Shown here: positions 37,252 to 47,325 of the stretch, piece after piece | Position numbering within the stretch: the stretch's first letter is position 1 | How the letters are laid out: each line of letters opens with the position of its first letter | Source: Rhabdothermincola salaria | GTDB lineage: Bacteria; Actinomycetota; Acidimicrobiia; Acidimicrobiales; Acidimicrobilacustridaceae | Assembly (NCBI RefSeq): GCF_021246445.1 | Contig: NZ_JAJQXW010000001.1 | Location: forward strand, 62,001 to 126,000 | Length of the DNA stretch: 64,000 bases | Reading direction: 5' to 3' | Notes under the pieces: generated by a model | Databases searched by the model: none | What the model was told of the DNA's origin: nothing | What the model saw: the letters and a program-made list of their open reading frames with translations, nothing else | Program-made: the position numbers and the translations under genes

Positions 37252-38778
37252 TCAGGCGTCGAAGAGCTCGACCACGGCGGGTTTGGTGACCTTCCCCATC
37301 ACGTTGCGGGGGAGCGACCCGACCACCAGGTAGCGGGTGGGGACCTTGGCGGGTGCCAAGCGCTCCTTGCCCCATGCCCGCAGCTCGTCGACGAGCATGG
37401 GTGCGGCGGCGTCGGCGGGCACGACCGCCATGGCCACCCGGTCGCCCCACTCCTCGTCCGGGAGCCCGACCACGGCGCAGTCGGCGATGGCCGGATGGGT
37501 GCGGTACACCTCCTCGATCTCCAGCGCCGAGACCTTCTCGCCGCCGGTCTTGAGGATGTCGACCGACGATCGGCCGAGGAGCCGGAAGCCCTCCGGGTGA
37601 CGCACGGCCACGTCGCCGGTGCGGAACCACCCGTCGGTGAACGCCTCGGCCGTGGCCTCGGGTCGGTTCCAGTAGCCGGCGAAGAGCTGAGGGCCCTGCA
37701 GGAGGAGCTCGCCGGGCTCACCGTCGGGCACGTCGGCCCCGTGGTCGTCGACCAGCCGGGTGCGCACACCCGGGAACGGCACGCCCACGTGACCTGGCAC
37801 CCGTCGCTCGAGGGGGTTGCCGAGCGCCATGCCCACCTCGGTCATCCCGTAGCGCTCGAGCAGCTCCTGACCGCTGATCGAGCGCCAGCGCTCGAGCACC
37901 GACACCGGGAGGGCGGCCGACCCCGACACCATCAGCCGCGCCCGAGCCGCCCCGGCGCTCCATCGGTCGCGGGTGGCCGGATCGGCGGCCTCCCACGTGG
38001 CGATCAGCCGGGCGTAGATCGTGGGCACGGCCATGAACACGGAGATCTCGCCCGAACCCAGGCGTTCCCACGTGGCCATGGCATCGAAGCCGCCGGGCGC
38101 CTCGCACACCGCCCCCACCCACAGCGGCGTGAGGGCCACGTTGACGATGCCGTGCACGTGGTGCAGCGGCAGCACCAGCAGGGTGCGGTCCTCGCCTGTC
38201 CACCCCCAGGCTTCCACCATGGCGGTGATCTGGGCCCGGAGGCTGGCGTGGGTGTGCACGGCGCCCTTGGGACGCCCCGTCGTTCCACTGGTGAAGACCA
38301 TGAGCGCCGGCCGGTCGGCGCTCACCGAGGGCAGGGGTGCGTCCGCTACCCACGAGCGGGGATCGAAGGCGGGACCGGCCGCCACCACCCGCGACGAGCA
38401 GCCCGCAGCCAGCTGGTCGGCGAGGTCTCGGTGCTCCTCGGAGGACACGATGGCCACGGGATCGGCGTCGGCCACCAGGCCCGACAGCTCGGCCACGGGG
38501 TGGTCGGGATGGAGGGGGACGGCCGTGGCCCCGGCGTGCCAGCAGCCGGCCAGGGCGGCCACGAACTGGCGGCCAGGCCGGCACAGCACGATCACCCGTG
38601 ACCCGTCGAGGTCCGAAGATCCCGCCAGCAGCTGGGCCGCCAGCGCACGGGCTGCGCCGTCGAGCGCGGCGTAGCTGATCGTGCCGAGCGGATCGACGAT
38701 CGCGGGACGGTCGCCGCCCCGGCCGAGCTGGTCGGTGAAGAGCGGGAGGTCGTCCGTCGTGGGCGTGTCGTCGTCCAT
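37252..38778 (-). CDS. acyl-CoA synthetase (malonyl-CoA synthetase MatB/ACSF3-like)
   Basis: FTSGTTGRPKG, LPLHHVHG, ERYGMTE, KTGGEKVSALEIE, LPRNVMGKV. Confidence 0.9.
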   Translation of the reverse strand: MDDDTPTTDDLPLFTDQLGRGGDRPAIVDPLGTISYAALDGAARALAAQLLAGSSDLDGSRVIVLCRPGRQFVAALAGCWHAGATAVPLHPDHPVAELSGLVADADPVAIVSSEEHRDLADQLAAGCSSRVVAAGPAFDPRSWVADAPLPSVSADRPALMVFTSGTTGRPKGAVHTHASLRAQITAMVEAWGWTGEDRTLLVLPLHHVHGIVNVALTPLWVGAVCEAPGGFDAMATWERLGSGEISVFMAVPTIYARLIATWEAADPATRDRWSAGAARARLMVSGSAALPVSVLERWRSISGQELLERYGMTEVGMALGNPLERRVPGHVGVPFPGVRTRLVDDHGADVPDGEPGELLLQGPQLFAGYWNRPEATAEAFTDGWFRTGDVAVRHPEGFRLLGRSSVDILKTGGEKVSALEIEEVYRTHPAIADCAVVGLPDEEWGDRVAMAVVPADAAAPMLVDELRAWGKERLAPAKVPTRYLVVGSLPRNVMGKVTKPAVVELFDA

Positions 38779-39016
38779 GTGCTCTCCATGCTGCCCTGCT
38801 CGTCGGGGTCCGGGTGCTGCGACGTCCTCGGGGCGGCCGAGTGTCGCCCAGCCGGCACCCGGGGGAACGGACGGTGACCGCTGTGCCACCGTTCACCCAA
38901 TTCCTCGCGTTCCGGCTCGGGGTGCCCACGGCGGGGTGTGTACGTTCGCCGTCGTGATCGGTTCGATCCGCTCGGCGCCAGCCAGCGGGAGCGAACCCGC
39001 TGTCGTTCCGGGCCCG

Positions 39017-40138
39017 ATGGTGACGGTGGTCACGGCCCCGGTTCCGGGCGACGCCGCCCGCCCGGTCCGGTCCCGAGGCCGCTGGCTGTCCCGGGGTCTC
39101 ACCCTCGCCGTCGCGATCACCATGGTCGCCGGGGCCGTGCGCCTGCGAGGCACCCTCGCCGAGGCGGTGTCGTCGCTGCTCGATCTGCCTGCGCTCACCG
39201 TGGTCGGCGTGCTGACCTGTTGGGTGGTCGTGGTCGTGGCGCGAGCGTCGCTGTACCGGTGGTCCCTGCCCGGGGCGGGCACCGGACAGGGGCTGGTGCT
39301 CGATCAGGTGAACCTGGCCGTGGCCAACTCGGTGCCGGGCGGTGGCATCGTCTCGGCCACCCTGCGCTACCGCATCGGGCGCAGCCTCGGGCACCGCCCC
39401 GAGGACATGGCGCTGAGCATGCTCGCCGTCGGCGAAGCCATGTCGGTGGCCCGATGGCTGCTGATCGTCGCCGTGCTGCTGGGCTCGATCGTGACCGGAG
39501 CGGCGAGCGGCCTGGATCTGCTGGTGTTGGGCAGTGCGGTGGCCGCGGTGGGGGCCAGCGCCGTCTTCTGGTGGGTCGTGTCCTGCGACACGGCGGCGGG
39601 TCGTTGGCTGGTCCGCCAGACCCAACGGGCGGTGGACCGGATCGGCCGGCGGGTGCCCGCTCTCCGAGAGACCCTCGTGGAGCCCTTCGTCGGGCGGTTG
39701 CGGGTGGGCGCCGGTTCGCTCCTGCGTCACCGCACCGGCGCTCTCCTGGCGGGGTCGGCGGCCGTGACGATGGGCGGCGCACTGATCGTGGTGCTGGTGG
39801 TCCAGGGCGTCCAGGGTCAGGGCGCGCCCGGGGCGTGGGACGTGGTGCGGGTGTACCTGCTGGCGCGGGTCGCCGCCGGGTTCTCACCCACGCCCGGTGG
39901 GGTGGGCGTGGTGGAGGGCACCCTCGCCGTGGGTCTGGTCGCCGCCGGCGCCGACCCGGCGGCCGCCTTCGCGGCCGTGCTCGTCTACCGGGGTCTCACC
40001 TACGCGCTGCCCATCGTGACCGGCTCGGCCGTGTACCTGGGGTGGCGTCGATGGCAGCGCCTGCCCCGCCGCACACCACGCGACCCCGCCGCACTCGGGC
40101 ACACTGGGAGCCATGGAGCCGTTGCTGAGCGTCGGTGA
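39017..40138 (+). CDS. YbhN/LPG-synthase TM-domain (flippase-like) membrane protein
   Basis: Multiple TM helices, NSVPGGG, PTPGGVGVVEG, AVLVYRGLTY; start uncertain. Confidence 0.78.
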   Translation: MVTVVTAPVPGDAARPVRSRGRWLSRGLTLAVAITMVAGAVRLRGTLAEAVSSLLDLPALTVVGVLTCWVVVVVARASLYRWSLPGAGTGQGLVLDQVNLAVANSVPGGGIVSATLRYRIGRSLGHRPEDMALSMLAVGEAMSVARWLLIVAVLLGSIVTGAASGLDLLVLGSAVAAVGASAVFWWVVSCDTAAGRWLVRQTQRAVDRIGRRVPALRETLVEPFVGRLRVGAGSLLRHRTGALLAGSAAVTMGGALIVVLVVQGVQGQGAPGAWDVVRVYLLARVAAGFSPTPGGVGVVEGTLAVGLVAAGADPAAAFAAVLVYRGLTYALPIVTGSAVYLGWRRWQRLPRRTPRDPAALGHTGSHGAVAERR

Positions 40139-41066
40139 GGCCCTCGAGGACTGGTCGGGCGACGCCCGCTACTTCGAGTACAGCCGGGCCGCCAACCCGG
40201 TCGGCTCGGGCCGGGTGCCCAAGGTGCCGCTCGAGCGCTTCCCCGCGGCCCGCCACCGCGAGACGGCGACCGGCGTGGTGCCGTTCGACCTCTCCGACGA
40301 GCTCGCCGTCGGGGACGGTCCCGCCACCTCGCCGGCGCTGCTGGCATCGTTCGTGCGGGTCGCCGCCGGCGACGAGCTGATCACCGACGCCAACGCCACC
40401 TCCGAGCTCTTCCACGTGCTCGAGGGCGGCGGCTCCACCCTGGTCGGCGGCACCGAGCTGTCGTGGGCAGAGGGCGACTTCTTCGTGCTCCCGGCCGGGG
40501 GCCCGCGGCGTCACCGGGCCGACGTCGACGCCCTCCTCTACTGGGTGCACGACGAGCCGCTGCTGCGCTACCTGGGGGTGGCCCCCGTCGACGCCCGGTT
40601 CGCGGCCACCCGCTTCGCCGCCCGCGAGGTCCGCGCCGAGCTCGACCGGGTCGTGGCCTCACCCCACGCCACCGACCGCAACCGGTTGGCCGTGTTGCTC
40701 AACACCGCCCCGAACGACCGCACCCAGACCGTCACCCACGTGCTGTGGGCCATGTACGGCCTGGTGCCCGCCGGCGCAGTCCAGCGACCCCACCGCCACC
40801 AGTCGGTGGCGCTCGATCTGGTGGCCGAGTGCCCACCGGGCTGCTTCACGCTGGTCGGTCGCGAGATCGACGAGCGGGGCGAGATCGTCGACCCGGTCCG
40901 CGTCGACTGGGAGCCCCAGGGGGCGTTCGTGACCCCGCCGGGGCTCTGGCACGCCCACTACAACACCTCGGACCGTCCGGCGATCATCGTGCCCATCCAG
41001 GACGCCGGTCTGCACACGCACCTGCGGTCGCTCGACATCCGCTTCGCCCCACCGGCGCGGAGCTGA
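40113..41066 (+). CDS. bicupin protein (gentisate dioxygenase-like fold)
   Basis: WAEGDFFVLP, QRPHRHQSVALD, TPPGLWHAHYN. Confidence 0.8.
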   Translation: MEPLLSVGEALEDWSGDARYFEYSRAANPVGSGRVPKVPLERFPAARHRETATGVVPFDLSDELAVGDGPATSPALLASFVRVAAGDELITDANATSELFHVLEGGGSTLVGGTELSWAEGDFFVLPAGGPRRHRADVDALLYWVHDEPLLRYLGVAPVDARFAATRFAAREVRAELDRVVASPHATDRNRLAVLLNTAPNDRTQTVTHVLWAMYGLVPAGAVQRPHRHQSVALDLVAECPPGCFTLVGREIDERGEIVDPVRVDWEPQGAFVTPPGLWHAHYNTSDRPAIIVPIQDAGLHTHLRSLDIRFAPPARS

Positions 41067-41127
41067 CGGCCGGAGAGCCCCTCCGGGAGGGGGTTGGCGC
41101 GGGAGTGAGCGGCCACTACCATCCTCA

Positions 41128-41145
41128 TATACCCCCAGGGGTATA
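41128..41145. promoter_or_regulatory. CsoR/CstR-family operator candidate
   Basis: Palindrome TATACCCC-CA-GGGGTATA, AT-flanked, upstream of the rhodanese gene. Confidence 0.72.
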
Positions 41146-41301
41146 AATGCCGATCCGACAACCGGCCGAGAACCGGTCCGACACCCGAGCGCGAGGCCGG
41201 GTGAGCGAGGAGTACCCCATGCGACCGACGATCCCATGTCCCGCTGCCCGCTCCGGGCCGGCCGGCGCCGCCGGCCTCCTCCGCCCCGGTACGGTCGGGC
41301 C

Positions 41302-41616
41302 ATGAACATCTCGGCGTCCCCCCTCCCCACGGTCACCGTTCAGGAGGCCAACGAGCGCCCGCCGGGCACCCCCCTCGTCGACGTCCGCGAGGACGACGAG
41401 TGGAACGACGGCCACGCCCCCGACGCGGTCTCGGTGCCGATGAGTCGCATCAGCATCGACGACATCCCCGAGGGTCGCCCCGTGTACTGCATCTGCCGCA
41501 GCGGCAACCGCTCCGGGAAGGTGGCCGAGGCGCTCATCGGCGCCGGCGTCGACGCCGTCAACGTCGAGGGCGGCATGATCGCCTGGGCCGACGCCGGGCT
41601 CCCCGTCACCCGCTGA
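41302..41616 (+). CDS. single-domain rhodanese (sulfurtransferase)
   Basis: LVDVREDDEWNDGHAP, ICRSGNRS, NVEGGMIAW. Confidence 0.92.
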   Translation: MNISASPLPTVTVQEANERPPGTPLVDVREDDEWNDGHAPDAVSVPMSRISIDDIPEGRPVYCICRSGNRSGKVAEALIGAGVDAVNVEGGMIAWADAGLPVTR

Positions 41617-41675
41617 CCCCGCGCCGGCGACGGGAGACTCGGTCGCCGGCGCCGGCGCCGTGCCAGCATCGGGCG

Positions 41676-42620
41676 ATGCACGCCGTCACCATCGTCGACC
41701 AGCGCCCCGAGTGGCGCCAGCACCCTGACCCCCGGCCCGGCCACGGCGAGGTCCTGGTCCGGGTGCGCGCCGCCGGCCTCAACGGCGCCGACCGCATCCA
41801 GCTGGCCGGGCTCTACCCGGCGCCGGCCGGCTCTCCCCCCGACATCCTCGGGCTCGAGCTGGCCGGTGAGGTGGCCGCCGTCGGGTCGGGGGTCACCCGA
41901 TGGCACGAGGGCGACCGGGTCATGGCCGTGGTCGGCGGTGGCGGTCAGGCCGAGCTGGCGGTGGTGCACGAGCGGCACCTGCTCCCCGTCCCGGACGGCC
42001 TGTCGTGGGCCGAAGCGGGCGGCTTCCCCGAGGTCTTCGCTACTGCTCACGACGCGCTGTTCACCCAGTGCCACCTGGGAATGGGTGAGCGGATGTGCGT
42101 GCACGGTGCGGCGGGAGGCGTCGGCATCGCCGGAGTCCAGCTGGCGGTGGCGGCCGGCGCCTCGGTGGTGGCGACCGTCCGCGATCCGGCCCGCCGGGCC
42201 GACGTCGCCGCGCTCGGCGCGACCGCCGTGGCCCCCGACGGCTTCGTCGACCACGGGCCCTACGACGTGGTGCTCGAGCTGGTCGGTGCCCCCAACATGG
42301 CCGCCAACCTGCGGGCGCTCGCCGGGGGTGGGCGGATCTCGGTCATCGGCATCGGCGCCGGGGCCAAGGCCGAGGTGAACCTCGGGGCCCTGATGACCCG
42401 GCGAGGACGCATCCACGGGTCCACGCTGCGCGCCCGTTCGCTGGAGGACAAGGCTCTGGCCGCCCGGCAGGTCGAGGCCCACGTGTTGCCGCTGCTGGAC
42501 GCAGGGACGGTCCGGGTTCCGGTGGCGGCCACCTACCCGATGGCCGACGCCGCCGCTGCGCTCGAGCGCTTCGCAGCCGGCGGCAAGTTCGGCAAGATCG
42601 TGCTCCTGGCGCCCGACTGA
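41676..42620 (+). CDS. NAD(P)H:quinone oxidoreductase, PIG3-like MDR family
   Basis: AAGLNGAD, GLELAG, PEVFATA, HGAAGGVG, GSTLRAR, GKIVL. Confidence 0.9.
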   Translation: MHAVTIVDQRPEWRQHPDPRPGHGEVLVRVRAAGLNGADRIQLAGLYPAPAGSPPDILGLELAGEVAAVGSGVTRWHEGDRVMAVVGGGGQAELAVVHERHLLPVPDGLSWAEAGGFPEVFATAHDALFTQCHLGMGERMCVHGAAGGVGIAGVQLAVAAGASVVATVRDPARRADVAALGATAVAPDGFVDHGPYDVVLELVGAPNMAANLRALAGGGRISVIGIGAGAKAEVNLGALMTRRGRIHGSTLRARSLEDKALAARQVEAHVLPLLDAGTVRVPVAATYPMADAAAALERFAAGGKFGKIVLLAPD

Positions 42621-42655
42621 GCAGGTCACGGGCCGCTTCGGCGGTCATGGGCGGA

Positions 42656-42675
42656 TTCACACCTGGTTCTCACCT
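42656..42675 (+). promoter_or_regulatory. direct repeat with 11-bp period (OmpR/MprA-type box candidate)
   Basis: TTCACACCT-GG-TTCTCACCT about 90 bp upstream of the secreted-protein gene. Confidence 0.4.
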
Positions 42676-42764
42676 TGGCCCGGCGGAGTCCTTACCGCCG
42701 GACGAGAACGTGGGGGTGTCCCGAGAAGGACAGCACCCGTCCACCCACCAAGGGAGCAGACCCC

Positions 42765-43364
42765 ATGCGCAAGCAACTCGCCACCATCGGCCTCGCCGCC
42801 ACCCTCGTCGCCGGTGGCGCCGGCGCCCTCGCCCTGGTCGGCCCAGGCGTCTCGTTCGCCCAGGAAGCCACCGACGAGGGAACAGGCACCGTCGACGAGA
42901 GCGTCGAGCGCGACGGCCGCCTGACCGACGCCCTCCAGCCCCTGCTCGACGACGGCACCCTGACCCAGGACCAGCTCGACGCCGTGGTCGACACCCTCCG
43001 CGAGGCCCTGCCTCGTGGCGGCCACGGTCCCGGCATGCGAGGCGGCCCCGGCCTCGACGCCGCGGCCGAAGTCCTGGGGGTCTCCGTCGAGGACCTCCGC
43101 ACGGCGCGGCGCGACGGCCAGTCCATCGCCGACCTCGCCGTCGCCAACGGCGTGGACGTTCAGGTCGTCGTCGACGCCCTCGTGGCCGAGGCCCGGTCCC
43201 ACATGGCCGACAAGGTCGACGAGGGCGACCTGACCCAGGAAGAGGCCGACGAGCGCCTCGCCGCCGTCACCGAGCGGATCAGCGCCATGGTCAACGGAGA
43301 GCGCCCGGAGGGCGCTCCCGAGGGCGGTCCGCGCCAGCGCATGCAGGAGCGCTTCGGCTCCTGA
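42765..43364 (+). CDS. secreted helical-repeat protein of unknown function
   Basis: Signal peptide MRKQLATIGLAATLVAGG...SFA; repeated DGTLTQDQ/EGDLTQEEAD; AAEVLGVSVEDL. Confidence 0.8.
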   Translation: MRKQLATIGLAATLVAGGAGALALVGPGVSFAQEATDEGTGTVDESVERDGRLTDALQPLLDDGTLTQDQLDAVVDTLREALPRGGHGPGMRGGPGLDAAAEVLGVSVEDLRTARRDGQSIADLAVANGVDVQVVVDALVAEARSHMADKVDEGDLTQEEADERLAAVTERISAMVNGERPEGAPEGGPRQRMQERFGS

Positions 43365-43489
43365 GACCAGGGTCCGGTCGGTGCTGTCGGCCGGCCCGGA
43401 CGCCTCCTTTCCACCGCTCCCGGTCGGCCCCGTCGACACCCCCGGGAGCGGTGGCGGCGCGCCGGTTCCGCCCCGGTAGGGTCACGGCC

Positions 43490-44398
43490 ATGGCTCGACT
43501 GCTGGTGACCAACGACGACGGCATCCACGGTCCGGGGCTCCATGCCCTCGCCCGAGCGCTCGAAGCCGACGGCCACGACGTCGTCGTGGTCGCCCCCGAC
43601 TACGACGCCAGCGGCACCTCGGCGTCGTTGGGGCGCTTCGATCTGCGCGGGCACCTTCCCGTGCAGCAGGCGGAGCTGCCCGGGGCCCCCGGCATCGAAG
43701 CCTGGGCCCTCGCCGGTCCGCCGGCCATGTGCGTGCTGGCCGCCGTGCTCGGCGGTTTCGGTGGCCCCGAGCCCGAGGCCATCGTGTCGGGCATCAACGC
43801 CGGGGCCAACACCGGTCGGGCCATCCTGCACTCGGGCACGGTCGGTGCCGCCCTCACCGCCCAGAACTTCGGCTACCGGGGTCTGGCCGTGAGCCTGGCC
43901 GAACGTGATGACGACGAGTGGGAGTGGGACTGTGCGTCGCACCTGGCCGTCGAGGTCACCCGCCGTCTGCTCGAGGCCCCGCTGCGCGCCACCCTCAACC
44001 TCAACGTGCCGGCGGTGCCCTCCGGGGTCACCCCGCCGCTGCGGTGGGCCCGGCTGGCGTCGTTCGGCACCGTGCGCTCGTCGATGACAGGTGCCGAGGA
44101 GGGGGCGTTGCAGTTCGAGCTCGTCGCCGTCGACCAGGAGCTGCGCCACGACACCGACACGGCGATGATCCGTGAGGGCATCGCCACGCTCACCGCACTC
44201 GGCGGCCTGGCGGAGGTGTGGGCCTCACCGCCGGACGGTCCGGCCGACGCCGCCGACGCCGACCCCGGCGGGGTCACGGGTCCCACCGGTGGACTGCACG
44301 TCGAGGCCCACGCCGCTCCCGGTGACGACCTCTCACCGGCGCACCTGTTCGCTGACCCCGAGGTCGCCGACCACCTCCATCCGCGACGCCCGGACTGA
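43490..44398 (+). CDS. surE: 5'/3'-nucleotidase SurE
   Basis: LLVTNDDGI, VSGINAGAN, SGTVGAA. Confidence 0.9.
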   Translation: MARLLVTNDDGIHGPGLHALARALEADGHDVVVVAPDYDASGTSASLGRFDLRGHLPVQQAELPGAPGIEAWALAGPPAMCVLAAVLGGFGGPEPEAIVSGINAGANTGRAILHSGTVGAALTAQNFGYRGLAVSLAERDDDEWEWDCASHLAVEVTRRLLEAPLRATLNLNVPAVPSGVTPPLRWARLASFGTVRSSMTGAEEGALQFELVAVDQELRHDTDTAMIREGIATLTALGGLAEVWASPPDGPADAADADPGGVTGPTGGLHVEAHAAPGDDLSPAHLFADPEVADHLHPRRPD

Positions 44399-44446
44399 GC
44401 GCGCCCCTGCCTGGCGGGTCGGCGGCGGGGTGGGCCCGCGGGTCGG

Positions 44447-44635
44447 TCAGTTGCCCGAAGGGGCCGGCTCGGTGGTGGTCAGCGGTGCGGGCGCAGGGTC
44501 CTCGAAGGACTCCTCGCAGGACTGCGCCCCGACGAACACCAGCAGCAGACCCACCACCAGACCGCCCAGGGCCATGCCGATGCGGACCGGGGCGGGGACA
44601 TGGGCGAGCGGCGGGCGCCGGCGGGGGGTGGCCAT
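44447..44635 (-). CDS. small membrane protein
   Basis: 62 aa with a single hydrophobic segment. Confidence 0.5.
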   Translation of the reverse strand: MATPRRRPPLAHVPAPVRIGMALGGLVVGLLLVFVGAQSCEESFEDPAPAPLTTTEPAPSGN

Positions 44636-44701
44636 CAGTCGAGGACGCTACCGCCAACACGGTCGGGTGCCGCGGCCACGGGCGCTAACGTGGGTCGGCC
44701 G

Positions 44702-44773
44702 GGCGGCGTGGCCGAGTGGCTGAGGCAAGGGCCTGCAAAGCCCTGTACGTGGGTTCGATTCCCACCGCCGCCT
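44702..44773 (+). tRNA. tRNA-Cys(GCA)
   Basis: Acceptor GGCGGCG/CGCCGCC, anticodon loop CTGCAAA, TTCGATT, U73. Confidence 0.95.
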
Positions 44774-44775
44774 CC

Positions 44776-44811
44776 GAGGGCCTGACCAACGCACGACGTG
44801 GTCAGGCCCTC
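44776..44811 (+). terminator. hairpin after tRNA-Cys
   Basis: GAGGGCCTGACCA...TGGTCAGGCCCTC followed by TT. Confidence 0.65.
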
Positions 44812-44900
44812 TTCGCGCCCAGGGGTCCAGCCTCCGGGTGGCGCCAGCCCCTACCCTCGTCGCCGGGCCGAGCCGGACCTGGACCGGCGCCGAGAAGGGG

Positions 44901-45407
44901 ATGCGAGCCATGTCGAACGTGCCACCGCCGGACGAGCCGACGCAGCCGGTGCCACCGGTCGAGGGCGGTCCGCCTCCCGAGTCGACACCGCCCGATGCGG
45001 CGTCGGCCCCCACCGAAGCCGTCCCGGCGGCCGAACCGCCTCCCACCCAGGCGATGCCCCCCGTCCCGCCACCCTCCGGTCCTCCCCCCGGGCAGCCCCC
45101 GACCGGGCCGCCGCCATCGGGCGGTGGGAGCAACACGGCGTTGTGGATCGTGGTGGGCATCCTGGCCGTGATCGTGGTGATCATCGTGGGGATCGGCATC
45201 GGCATGGCCATCTCGGGCGACGACTCGCCCACGACCACCACCACCACGTCGTCGTCGACCACGTCGTCGTCCACCACGACCACGACGACGCGTCCGACCA
45301 CCACCACCAGGCCGCCGACCACCACGACCACCGCCCCCACGACCACGACCACCGCCCCCACCACGACGACCACCGAGCCCCCGACGACGACGACAGAGGC
45401 GCCATAG
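44901..45407 (+). CDS. Pro-rich / TM / Thr-rich small membrane protein
   Basis: Pro-rich N-terminus, one TM helix, poly-Thr tail. Confidence 0.75.
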   Translation: MRAMSNVPPPDEPTQPVPPVEGGPPPESTPPDAASAPTEAVPAAEPPPTQAMPPVPPPSGPPPGQPPTGPPPSGGGSNTALWIVVGILAVIVVIIVGIGIGMAISGDDSPTTTTTTSSSTTSSSTTTTTTRPTTTTRPPTTTTTAPTTTTTAPTTTTTEPPTTTTEAP

Positions 45408-45468
45408 CGCGCGCCCGACCGGGGCGGCGACGGGGAGGGCATCCCGCCCGCCCCCGGTGCTGTGAGGG

Positions 45469-46500
45469 TCAGCCGCGCCCGCCGCGCCCGCCGCGCCCGC
45501 CGCGCCCGCCGCGGCGCCAGCGCGGGTCGAGGTGCAGGACGGCGTCGGCCAGCCGGGCGCCGATCACCACGTCGAACCCCTTGGCCACGCGGGCCGGCGC
45601 CGCTCGGCCGGTGATGCGGTGCGCGGCGCGGCCGATGGGGAGCCAGGCGTAGGTGCGATGCACCTCCGGGTAGCCCCACGTGAAGCAGCGGTCCGCGTCG
45701 TCGAGGTGGTGCACGTCGTTGAAGTGCCGCCGCGACGAACGGACCCAGCTCGGTGACCACCGGCCCAGGAAGAAGCTCAGGTCGCTCGGCCGGAGCCGTT
45801 CGGGGATCGGGTAGCCCACGACAGAGGCCGGCTCCAGCCAGACCGAGCCGCCGGCGTCGTGGATGCGCAGAGCCAGGTCGAGGTGCTCGCCCTGGGCGAG
45901 CATGCGCCCGTCCGGTCCGCCCAGGTCCTCGAGGCGGGCGCGGTCGAAGAGGGCGGTGTGGAACTCGAACAGCTCGACGGGTTCGGTCTCGAGGTGGTCG
46001 ACGGCCTCGAGTGGGTCACCCAGGTGGCGGTGCGACTCCTGGAGGCTGCGCCGGCCGTCGGCCTCCACTCGCACGTGGCAGTCGCCCCCGGCATCGTGGA
46101 CGGTTGTGCCGTGGCGGTCCGTCTGCAGCACCAGCGGGCGCACCACCCAGGCGTCGTGCTCGACGGCGGCGTGCACGAGAGGTTCCAGCCAGCCCGGTCG
46201 GGGCAGGACGTCGTTGTCGAGGAGCACGACGAAACGGGTGGCGACCGACCTGAGGCCGATGCGCCGAGCGACGTTGGGGGCCAGGTGGCGCGCCGGCCCG
46301 ACGAGCTGGAGGCGATCACCCGCGATGGCCTCCGCCTCGGCCTCGACCCGTGCCGGCATGCCGCCCCGCACGACGACGATCGAGACACTGTCGGGAGTGG
46401 TGTCGACGAGCGCCCGCAGGGTCGCCGCAGTCGATGAGTAGCGCTCGCGGGGCACGACCACCAGCGTGACGGTGGACGAGAGGTCGGTGGTGCCCGTCAT
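45469..46500 (-). CDS. glycosyltransferase family 2 protein
   Basis: VTLVVVPRERYS, PNVARRIGL, VVLLDND, EFHTALF, EHLDL; C-terminal RGG repeats. Confidence 0.82.
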   Translation of the reverse strand: MTGTTDLSSTVTLVVVPRERYSSTAATLRALVDTTPDSVSIVVVRGGMPARVEAEAEAIAGDRLQLVGPARHLAPNVARRIGLRSVATRFVVLLDNDVLPRPGWLEPLVHAAVEHDAWVVRPLVLQTDRHGTTVHDAGGDCHVRVEADGRRSLQESHRHLGDPLEAVDHLETEPVELFEFHTALFDRARLEDLGGPDGRMLAQGEHLDLALRIHDAGGSVWLEPASVVGYPIPERLRPSDLSFFLGRWSPSWVRSSRRHFNDVHHLDDADRCFTWGYPEVHRTYAWLPIGRAAHRITGRAAPARVAKGFDVVIGARLADAVLHLDPRWRRGGRGGRGGRGGRG

Positions 46501-47279
46501 CGCGGTCGCGGTCGGGGGAGGCGGCGGCGGGCCCGGCCGGCCAGGCCGTGGACTCGTCGTCGGAGGTGTCGAGCCGTGTCCTCGGCGACGCGGCGCGTCC
46601 GCCACCTCGCCGAGGCCGGCAGCTGGACGCGAGATCGTCCTCGGCCCACCACGAGCTCGGGCGGCGGCGGCGGGGGATCGCCCACGAGGGTCTCGCGGGC
46701 GACAGCGACGAATGCCGGGGTGGTCAGGGCTTCGGCCAGGCTCATCAGCTCGTCGTGGGTCCCGCGATCGTGGGTGGGGTGGGAGAGCTTGCCCGAGATG
46801 CGCAGCGCCCCGTGCAGGCTGTCGTCGACCTCGTTGGCCACGCGGACCACGATCGCCTGGCGATCGAGCCAGGTGAGGACGGCGAGCTCGGTTCGGCACC
46901 GGCGAGCGATCTCGGGGCTCCACCCCAGCGTGTGGTAGCGGTGCACGATGGCCTCGGCCCTCGCCCCGACCGTGTGGCGCAGGTCGCGGCGGTGCCGGTG
47001 GTCCGCCCCTCGGCGGCTGTCGCCGAAGTCGCCTTGGTCATAGGCGGCATGGACGAGGGCGGCGGCCACCGTGTCGGCCGGCGCCCCGGCGATCAGCGTG
47101 CCCGACGCCGTGCCGATCAGGTGGTCGAGGAAGGGCTTTCCCTCGGGTCGTTCGGCGCCGGCGAAGAGCAGGCTCGCCCGGTCGAAGGCGGCCCGGATGA
47201 CGGCCAGCTGCGACGGGTCGAAGTCGGCCTCTCCCAGCTGGCAGACCATCTGGGGCCAGGTCTGGGCGATGTCAGCCAT
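46497..47279 (-). CDS. HD-like domain protein (DUF6817-like)
   Basis: IAQTWPQM, GKPFLDHLIGTA, AAALVHAAY, VGARAEAIV, RVANEVDD. Confidence 0.7.
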   Translation of the reverse strand: MADIAQTWPQMVCQLGEADFDPSQLAVIRAAFDRASLLFAGAERPEGKPFLDHLIGTASGTLIAGAPADTVAAALVHAAYDQGDFGDSRRGADHRHRRDLRHTVGARAEAIVHRYHTLGWSPEIARRCRTELAVLTWLDRQAIVVRVANEVDDSLHGALRISGKLSHPTHDRGTHDELMSLAEALTTPAFVAVARETLVGDPPPPPPELVVGRGRSRVQLPASARWRTRRVAEDTARHLRRRVHGLAGRARRRLPRPRPR

Positions 47280-47325
47280 CGATGGGTTCCAGGGTCCCAT
47301 GGCCGCGCCGGGGACGGGCCCAGGC

